Shown here one piece after another: positions 12,133 through 53,688 of a DNA stretch of 53,688 bases. The notes under the pieces were generated by a model. The model searched no databases, was not told where the DNA came from, and worked only from the letters and a program-made list of their open reading frames with translations. The translations under genes and the position numbers were made by a program. Every line of letters starts with the position of its first letter. The first letter of the stretch is position 1. The DNA lies in contig JAQGDQ010001229.1 of assembly GCA_030141605.1 (NCBI GenBank), positions 1 to 53,688 of the forward strand. Reading direction: 5' to 3'. The DNA is from Tubiluchus corallicola. Lineage: Eukaryota > Animalia > Priapulida.

Positions 12133-15100
12133 AATATATATATACATATGTATATCGCAGACTTTAATTGTAGTATTTATTTGTAAGGATGAGGAATGAA
12201 ATTCATATTAAATGGGCAACATCATGGATTATCACCATCACTTAAATACACCCTTGCTGTAGAGTTTAGATCAATGCCATTTCATTTTGTACCAAATACA
12301 CCCATGTTAAAAGTGCCTGTAAACAAGTAATAGGTTATACATTGAAGTAGCAATTCGTTACTCGAGCGTGTCTGCGTTGAAACAATAAAACACACATTAA
12401 GCAACGATCGATACAATGCAAGCGAGCAATGGCTTCCTAATTCGTTGAAAAATTCAGCTGCTCTCACCGCGTGGACATGGCTGGAAGCCCGTCACAACGA
12501 TATTGCGTTTTCTAAACTTATTATCCAAACGCTTTTAGCTTGTAGTGGCGCTTACCGCTGCCAGAAATTGCTTCTGAGTTCTTCCGGAATTCATTTTTAA
12601 ACGACCTGCGGGTGAACTCCAGATCTGGAGAACTGGGGTTCTTCCCTGAGTGGCAATGAAAAGTAGCATTATTCGGTCACCTGCAGCATATTTCGTTTGT
12701 TGATCATATTGGGGACAGTGTAGTCCACTAGTCATTAACATACCACGTGAACGGACGCGCATCTTCGACATTACTAGTTGAGACGGAAGATACTGAATGT
12801 GATTGCTGATATCGTGGGTGTGTTGTGCCTGATGAATTTAATTGCACATTAGCTCTAATTACCTTAAGCGAGAGTAACAGCCTAGAGCGGAACTAATGAA
12901 AAAAGTTACTTTATGTACATGCAAACATTTATTGTACAAACATTTATAAGCAAAAATATTAGTGCACAAATTGCTACGAGGTTCACATTCAATCGCAGCA
13001 ACATACCTCGTATCTAGTCTAACCTACAGCCAAATCGCGAAAATATAATTGGTTCATTATAAGGTACAAGTCAATGTTACAGCTTTACTGCTAATTTCTC
13101 AGCCTGTTACTCTTCTCCTACAGCTTATACCACTTCAAATTTGTTATCCCCTGCTATTAGGTTGATTTTAATAAGCTTTTTGATTTTAAATCAGTCTTAA
13201 ATACACATCAAATAAATGTATTTTCAGTCTGGTTGTTTACTTACTCACTTACCTAGAACTGTCTGAGAATCATATTATAACTTATCTAGCAACCATGCGA
13301 CCAGAAGAAACTACCAAAACATGTTTCAAGCTGTTTCAAACAACCGTTTCATCATTTTTCCCCCGCAGACTTTTATGTTACAAAAAATGTTCAAATGCAC
13401 ATTTATCATCTTCCCTTGTCAGCAATGGAATCGTCCAGGACGTGCAGCTGTTTACTCATTGACAGGGGAATGTTAAATAACTGCTGCCAAATGAAAGTTT
13501 TTCATAACTCTGCTGGTTACCCGTCTCTGATCAGCCAGATTAAATGTCTTCTTTAAGTTTATAAACAACTTTCCTCTGTAAGCCTAGACTCCTGCAGTTA
13601 GGCAGCAAAGAATGCAGCTTTGTACTGTTGATTTTGAAGCCAGAGAGGCAAACAACTGAATGGAGGATGCGAGTCTGCGAAACTGGGCCGATGCAACTTG
13701 ATTCGTTTGTGTAATCCTCCACGAATTAATTGATCCGTGTCTTGAGTCGTACCGTATCAAACCGTATCGCTACCGAACGCTTTTCACAAGTAAGGCTCGT
13801 GAAGCCAACGAGATTCACAAGTAAGACCCGTAAAGCCATTTATTAATCAAGCCTTCCCAGTGGCGTTTGACACACGAATATGATCAGGCAAATGCCATAA
13901 CCGCTAGTTCACAACTAGGAGCTTTTATCTACCTCATTAACTGTTCATTAAAGTGTTACTAAGTTGTTTATTTATTGAACTATCGTAAAAGATAGTTTGC
14001 AATTTATTTATATTGGACTGCTGTCCGCTTTTAACGGAGGCAGGACGGTGGGCACCCCGCGGCCCACACCGTACGGCATGTCTCAATTAAGTCGCTCAAC
14101 GCCTTAACCAAAACAGAACCCGAATAACAGAGTCGAAATGACAATTTATTACTAAATATTACACCCCCAATAAGGAACAAACACCTTACCTAAAAGAACG
14201 GAGTTTGCGGCAAGCCTGTGAAATGTGAACAGAGCTGCAATGAAAGACACGACCACTGACAAGCATCTAAGCTCAGGTGTGCACGTGACTAGTGGCTTTT
14301 ACTAACACAAGGTCAGAATACGAGTCTGTGCTAGATAAAGCGACGTTCACATGCACACCAGAGAAGTCTACTGTATTCCCCTGCCGGCATTACACTTCGT
14401 CTCATCACAACCCTGCAGAATCTTATAATTTAAGTTATGCATGAAGGATAAATGACCTCGTCGTTCTCTTTTGACGTTGTCTGCCCCTAATAATCGCCCT
14501 ACTGTTTGTCTTCTTATTGTTCTGAATAACCTTCCCTTTTATTTTGCGGAGGTGATCAAGATAACGACTTCAAACATTGTAGCAAGACACTATAGCACAG
14601 GTATAGAAAATTACAATTTTAATCCATTCTTCTTCAGACACGACATACTTATACAAATTTATTCAAAATTTAGAAGACGTTCTTTGAAGTGGCGAAGATG
14701 GTGACAGTATTTCATTCATCTCAAGAAATGTTGCGAAACTGTTTGAAGTCGGACAAATAATTAAGGGACTTTTACCAAAATGTAGTTATAAAATCAGCAA
14801 CACAGACAGTGACAGAACAACAACACGTTCGGTTTGGGGTGACGATTCCCGAAAGAAAAATGTAAATCTCAAGGACTCTAGTTTATTAGACGCTAATTCT
14901 TGTATTGACTACTTACTGAAATCTTATCAATGAGAGAGCCTTTCTGCGTGAGACTGAGTTACTCAAGTAAATCAACAACGGATGTTTCTTAAACACACAG
15001 GAAGTTATTGTGTACTAGATGGTATGACACTACCAATCTAACGCCAAGTCGTAAACCATAAGGGCAGTCCAGAGGAAGGCGAAGCAAAGGAGGTGATCCC

Positions 15101-15540
15101 GAAACAAAACAAGTGAGAAGTGTTCCACACGTTGACAGAGGAGGAGGGTATCCATAAGCACCCTTTTCCACGTTCAGGTCTATAAATCCGGTGCATTTAT
15201 CTTATGCGTGCAAACACACGATGCAAATCCTTCAGTCACGAAGAAGCCTACAAAGGCCTAAAGAAGAAGCTGATATCTAGGTGTTTATTCATGGTTGATA
15301 CTTGATGCAGCCCATACCTGGAAAACAGCTACGAAGCCATGCCTGTAGTAGTTAATCTGCGTAATAAATATGTTTATGTTGGCATACTTGTGACATTTAT
15401 TCCAAAAGCTGAGATTATGAAGCTCTAGACGAGTGACATTTGATCGGACAGGAGTTTTATTACTAGGATAAATAGAGTCCTGACGTCATGTGGGTCTGCT
15501 AAGTAGGGGCGGATCCATGACGTTAAATCTGTTGGCCCAA

Positions 15541-16022
15541 TACAGCCATGACGTAATACCTGTCGGCTGAGTACAGCCGTGATGTCATACCTGTTGCTGA
15601 GTACAGCCATGATGTCATACCTGTCGGCTGACTACAGCCATGGTGTCACACCTGTCGGCTGACTACAGCCTTGATGTCATACCTGTCGGCTGAATACAGC
15701 GATGATGTCATACCTGTCGGCTGAGTACAGCCGTGATGTCATACCTGTCGGCTGAATACAGCCATGATGTCATACCTGTCGGCTGAGTACAGCCGTGATG
15801 TCATACCTGTTGCTGAGTACAGCCATGATGACATACCTCTCGGCTGAGTACAGCCATGATGTCATACCTGTCGGCTGACTACAGACATGATGTCATACCT
15901 GTCGGCTGACTATAGCCATGATGTCATACCTGTTGCTGAGTACGGCCATCGTGTCATACCTGTCGGCTGACTACAGCCATGATGTCATACGTGTCGGCCG
16001 ACTACAGCCATGACGTCATACC
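15541..16022. repeat. Minisatellite, 30-31-bp unit, about 15 copies
   Basis: tacagccatgatgtcatacctgtcggctgag; internal inverted repeat ggctg-agta-cagcc across unit junctions. Confidence 0.95.
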
Positions 16023-18092
16023 TAAAGCAGTGTATCGAAAGCGCATCTTGATACAACTGATCATTGCGTAGTAGACTGATTTGATCACTTGGGAAACAGC
16101 TAGTTTGTGAACCCGTACTTATAATAATTTGAGAATGTAGATGTTGGTGCTGATTGGATTGGCGGTTTATAAGTTAGTGTGATGATTGAGCAAAACATGT
16201 CAGAGAGTTGGATTAGTCCTGAATTTGCCAGGCAACACTCGCAGGTCTGGACGTGTAATTTATTTTGTTTTATTTCTTCTCTGCGTACTCAGTAATGAAG
16301 CGTTTACTTACATGTTTATTTACTCCTCTAATACATAAATCGTAATATAATATTTATAAGGCGTTGATATTGACGCAGAACTTGCATGAAAGAGGGAGAT
16401 CCCTTGTGTAATTTTCCCGCCAGTTCAACAATTGGTAATGGATGTTGCGTTGTCAATGAAACGTCCCCCGCTGTAGATTTTAACACTTTAACAAGTCCCC
16501 CCCCCCACTTGCTTCATCAGCGCTACGCTAGTAATACAAACAGAACTCACAGCATCGTTATGTTGAAACATATTCCGGAATTCGATTATTCATCCGGATT
16601 CGCCGGGGATCCGGATTACAGACGGTTTCGAGACGGTTGCTTAGTTACAGTCGTGTATGCTGATTCGATTCCTACTGCTATGATTCTTGAACAGAAGACG
16701 GCTTTGTCAAATGCCTTTGATATTCTAACATCGGAATGTGATTGAAATCAGCGTTGAAATCAAGAATCATTTCGTTTCATTTTTTTTCAAATACCTCATC
16801 ATAGCTGGCTCAAATCTCACATGCGTGTTTGTCAGACCAAGAAAAACAACTTTCAACCAAGAGCATATTTCAAGTATTTTTTCTATTATGTTTCCCAAGT
16901 ATAGTAGAAAAACATCCCCTGCATATTAAATTGGCTGTATATTTTTCGCCCTGTCTGGTTGACATATGTAGCTCATGTGGGTGGCAATTCCCCCATCCCT
17001 ACATATGCGCGTCCTGTGCTGATATCACCCATAAAATAATTCTCATACGGGTTGACCCAAAAAAAGCTTTTAAAACGCATGGGCATCGGGCTGGCTCAAG
17101 GTTCCGCAAAAAAGTAGAACTATTAATTAATGTGTTTCACAAAAAAATCGTATTATCGTTTCGTACAAAAAGCGTGCGTCCATTTGTGTTTGCGCATTCG
17201 TACGCACACAGCGCACGCAGGCATTTTGCTTTCTGCGCTACACCCCCACACTTGTTTAGTAATAAAACACAATAACGACGCGGAACATATCAACTTCTCT
17301 TCGCCTGGCGATATATCTGTCAGCGTGGCACATAACTTCCCCTATTATTGACTCGGTTATTTGCCAACATTCGTCTTTATGCGCGTAATTTGAATACCAA
17401 CGCCGTGAAATTTTCCTACTGTGAAATCTCAACAAACACGGCGACACGGGGCTTCAGTCTGTCTTAGCTGTCAGTTGATAAAAACTGAAATCTTGGAGGG
17501 TTTCGGGAACTCTTTACTGATCAGCCGAGTACTATTAATTTAGTGGTCCATTTATTATGCCCGAGTACACATTGCTCGGACATTTGTAACCACAAACTTG
17601 TGACACTGCCTACACAAATTATGATTTATTAAATCTTGTTTATTTTCAAAATAAAAATAATACAAAACCCTCTATTTGGAGGGCAAAGAGTGCACTAATA
17701 CATACAAAGGTACACTGCATATTAAAACTCGCACGCACGTGTATGCAGAATTAATACACAATGAATATTTAAATGAATACCCTATAAATTTTGAAGATTT
17801 TTGTCTGATTATTTGCATAACAAAATTAATGCACAATGACTATATAAATGAATACCTTTATAAATTTTGAAGATTATTGTCTAATAATGTTGAAACTGTT
17901 GCAAAAATTGCTCCTATGCTAGTTGCTTGACTGAGATCTCGTGTATAATTGCAATGAAGGCTACACCTGAAGATACATGGCAAATGCTGGTGTTGTAAAT
18001 TTAGCGAAGGAAAGCATTTTGCGTAGATGTTTTAGCGTTGTACCAAATCAAAGAGCAATCAAATATAAAGTGTTCAGGCATTTGTACATACG

Positions 18093-18313
18093 CAAGGGAC
18101 GTAGAGTAATTACTATTGTATGGTATATATGTAAGGCACGTATAGTAATTACTATTGTATGGTATATATGTAAGGCACGTATAGTAATTACTATTGTATG
18201 GTATATATGTAAGGCACGTATAGTAATTACTATTGTATGGTATATATGTAAGGCACGTATAGTAATTACTATTGTATGGTATATATGTAAGGCACGTAGA
18301 GTTATTACTATTG
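18093..18313. repeat. Minisatellite, 39-bp unit, about 5.5 copies
   Basis: gtaaggcacgtatagtaattactattgtatggtatatat. Confidence 0.95.
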
Positions 18314-20601
18314 GCTAAACCAACTGCATGTAGAAACGAGTTACAACCTCCGCCAAGTAAAAGGGTTTCTAAGTTTCTGCTAAAGTCTAATCTTGTCTAT
18401 CATATTCTAATCTTCCATACACTAACAAACAGAAACATTTTCGTAAAATAATATACTTATATTTTCTGTCTCCTTTCTTCTTTGCACATTTTGATCCTTA
18501 CCAGACTAACCTGCTAACCTGCACTCGGCGGCATTACCTAACCATTATGCTGAAGGTTGTGGAAGGTCTGAAAACTAAGTTTATTGTCAGTGGTGAAACT
18601 ATATTGACCACGTTAGGACGCATATTTACATCTTTCCCCAGAGATGTCATTGTTGCAGATGAGACAGTCCAAACGCGATTTTCCTGGCTGCGCATTCATT
18701 GGCTAACCAGACCCGGCGTTGCTTAATTTCCAACGCCAAAAATACAAAGTGGCAGTTTGCCTTTGCCTCAATATGGCTGACGGAGATCAAATACTGTTGC
18801 CAAATTTCGTCTCACGAACTTTGCCTATGCGGGTGATATGTATGTGGATAATATCGGACGTGCACACATGCATCCAGGGCCTCAAGCTCATTCTCAGCCG
18901 CAGATGCTAAACTAAATAAGATGTCCCTTGAGCCGTCATTGAAAGCGGCTGATGGACTTGCTGTCAGTATTATTATTATGTAATCAGAAATCATTGTAAG
19001 AGCGCTAATAGTTCACGTTTAGCTGTCTGCTCTTCATAATCGCTGCATCATATTAGTCATTGTTAGTCACGCTTGAGAGGGGGGTACTGAGAATTACTCT
19101 TGTACCTATTCAAAGAAAAACAATCTCAAATTTTTCAGTACACTGTATATCTCTAACTATATGTATAAGGTAATTTTTGGTATAAGTAAATGTTTGATAT
19201 AAATAATAATTGTGTGGTTTTGTGGTATAAATATAGGTTTGTTTGGTGTAAATGCGCATGTCTCTTGAATACTTAGCTTTGTAGTACAAAATCTAACCTA
19301 TAACTCCCTAGTAACATCGTATTTCTTTTCTGTGTAGTTTCGGTATAAACTTGTTCCTATATTTCATTGCTGAAAGTGCATATCTAGTCATAAATAGATT
19401 AAGTCGTTGAGATAAATTCCATTCAAATTCTTATTTTGCACTTTTTTCTGTAGGTGGCAGTTTTGTTGTCCAAAAGAGAAGGCTATCAGACCGACCATGA
19501 CTTACTATACCGTACTCAGAAAATGTACTTGTTACGCTGCAGTAGTGTACAAGCGAAGGCCAGCTATTGTAGCTAATGTAATTTAGTCCTAAGAAATTGC
19601 CATTCAAGATTTATATTGTACAGCAATCACTTCGCCGCCGCCTTTAATCTTGATTCAGCAATTTCACGTGTACAAACAAAGTCGTGTGGCGCCACCATGA
19701 GGTGGGCGTGCGAACTGCAACTTCGGCATGCTGAAAGTGAATTAATAAAAACTTTGCAGTGAGTAGATCAGTTGTCGGACAGTACGTTTCTTAATGTGTG
19801 AATAGTCTAGTGTTCATACCGTTTAGTTTAACTTTCCCCTTATCAACGCAAGACGGCAGGGTTTTGGGTGCATAATTGATTGCATCCACTTATCCGCTCG
19901 GCAGCAGTGATTGGCCTAAATTTCTTATTCTCCACGAGCTTTTCTCAGATGTAAATTTATGTTTGGCTATTCGCGTGTTAAATGAGGCTTTGCAGAAACT
20001 GCTGCCAGTGGCGGCTCTAAGCTGCGGGGAAACATGGCGTGTCTTCGAGGGGCACATTATGACTGGTGAAACTAATAATTTTTACAACTAATAAAATTCA
20101 CAAGCACTTCACGACACGCTGCTATACATATTGGTCATTTTTGTGTGCGTACGACAGTGTTACATAAACACTAAGAAATACATCACACTTACAACAATAC
20201 ATATATCTAGTTATTTGTCGTGTTTATGTCACTTTTAGCAAAGCTTCGCCCACTTTTGCTGTAAGCGTGTTTTTTACACTTGGTGGTTTTTCCGCTTAAA
20301 TAGCTATAGATGTCTTATAAGCTACAATATTCTGTTTATAATAATTTTAGTAAAATTTCTTCAAAAGCTGAAGTAAAATGTCCATGAGCAATTTGCTTCT
20401 TTGCAAACTTACTGACCTGTTTTCGCAAAGCCAGTACTGTAAACAAACAATTTTATCTGTTTGGTTAGTTTCTGTCAAATCACGTTTATTGTGAAACATT
20501 TGAAAGGTTGCATGTTGCTGTTTGCTTCTGTAATGATTAAAATATGTTTATAATCGGAAAAGGAATTGTATAAAAAAATGACTTTTCGTTTTTTGTTTCA
20601 G

Positions 20602-52598
<31,997 letters not shown>

Positions 52599-52941
52599 GT
52601 AAATTGCTGATCAATTTTTTCTTGTTTCTTTCTCAATTTAGTTTGAAACAAAATGCATTATAAAAACTGCACATTCTTAACAGTGGCAATTTGGACTTTT
52701 ATCATCAGTGAAAGTTGCAAAAAAGTAAAACGATCCGCTTAGCACCTTCGACTTGTTCGAGAAATATTTGCAAGATTGTTTTCCAGGTTAAGAAGAGGGA
52801 AAAACAACTGAAAAAGAAGCTTGACCAGCATTTCTTTATTTGTGTTAACAGCTGCCAGCACAAGAATTTAACAAAAATCCTCATAAGTTGGTGCTCTTGT
52901 ATAATCATGTATCCTTACAGCTCCGGTCAACATTTTTTATT

Positions 52942-53678
52942 GTTATTATATTTAGTTTTCAAAGTCAGAAAAAGTTATTACATTTGGTTTTGAAAGTCAG
53001 AAAAAGTTATTACATTTGGTTTTGAAAGTCAGAAAAAGTTATTACATTTGGTTTTGAAAGTCAGAAAAAGTTATTACATTTGGTTTTGAAAGTCAGAAAA
53101 AGTTATTACATTTGGTTTTCAAAGTCAGAAAAAGTTATTACATTTGGTTTTGAAAGTCAGAAAAAGTTATTACATTTGGTTTTGAAAGTCAGAAAAAGTT
53201 ATTACATTTGGTTTTCAAAGTCAGAAAAAGTTATTACATTTGATTTTCAAAGTCTGCAAAAGTTATTACATTTGGTTTTGAAAGTCAGAAAAAGTTATTA
53301 CATTTGGTTTTCAAAGTCAGAAAAAGTTATTACATTTGGTTTTGAAAGTCAGAAAAAGTTATTACATTTGGTTTTCAAAGTCAGAAAAAGTTATTACATT
53401 TGGTTTTGAAAGTCAGAAAAAGTTATTACATTTGGTTTTCAAAGTCAGAAAAAGTTATTACATTTGGTTTTGAAAGTCAGAAAAAGTTATTACATTTGGT
53501 TTTCAAAGTCAGAAAAAGTTATTACATTTGATTTTCAAAGTCTGGAAAAGTTATTACATTTGATTTTCAAAGTCAGAAAAAGTTATTACATTTGATTTTC
53601 AAAGTCTGGAAAAGTTATTACATTTGATTTTCAAAGTCAGAAAAGGTTTATTACATTTTATTTTGAAAATCTGGAAAA
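52942..53678. repeat. Minisatellite, 32-bp unit, about 23 copies
   Basis: tttt(c/g)aaagtcagaaaaagttattacatttgg; period 52961->52993. Confidence 0.96.
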
Positions 53679-53688
53679 GCTGACTGTG

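Noticed and set aside
12440-12790. Minus-strand RKRNIVVTG peptide reminiscent of a LINE ORF1
   Set aside because: Short motif amid stops; too degenerate to call without a profile search.
14079-14409. Possible solo LTR (TG...CA, minus-strand AATAAA)
   Set aside because: No target-site duplication, PBS, PPT or second copy visible.

Overview
Eukaryotic (animal) genomic DNA: AT-rich, intron-dominated and full of repeats. The window lies inside one + strand spliced gene, a Roundabout (Robo) Slit receptor. I could join 22 GT-AG exons (20602..52598, 3600 nt, about 1200 codons, all phases compatible). They encode Ig2-Ig5, three FN3 domains, a TM helix and a cytoplasmic tail with CC0, WIRS, CC1, CC2 and vertebrate-like ERGPTPP and SDGSFFTxADFA blocks. 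I did not find the signal peptide or Ig1 exons in the first 20.6 kb, and the C-terminus runs past the window end. The host is probably a non-vertebrate bilaterian (inference). Introns hold at least 11 unrelated minisatellites, microsatellites, MITEs of several superfamilies (one nested) and LINE remnants (RTE, Rex1, L2/CR1-like). Best leads: a Commissureless-like GLPSYDDVL motif on a skippable exon of Robo itself; an 85-bp array that octuplicates a real splice donor; a stop-free in-frame intron after CC1; an inverted repeat pair bracketing the CC0-CC2 exons; and a bipartite RTE-derived short element. No prokaryotic systems or CRISPR arrays were seen. Most long ORFs in the supplied track are repeat artefacts.
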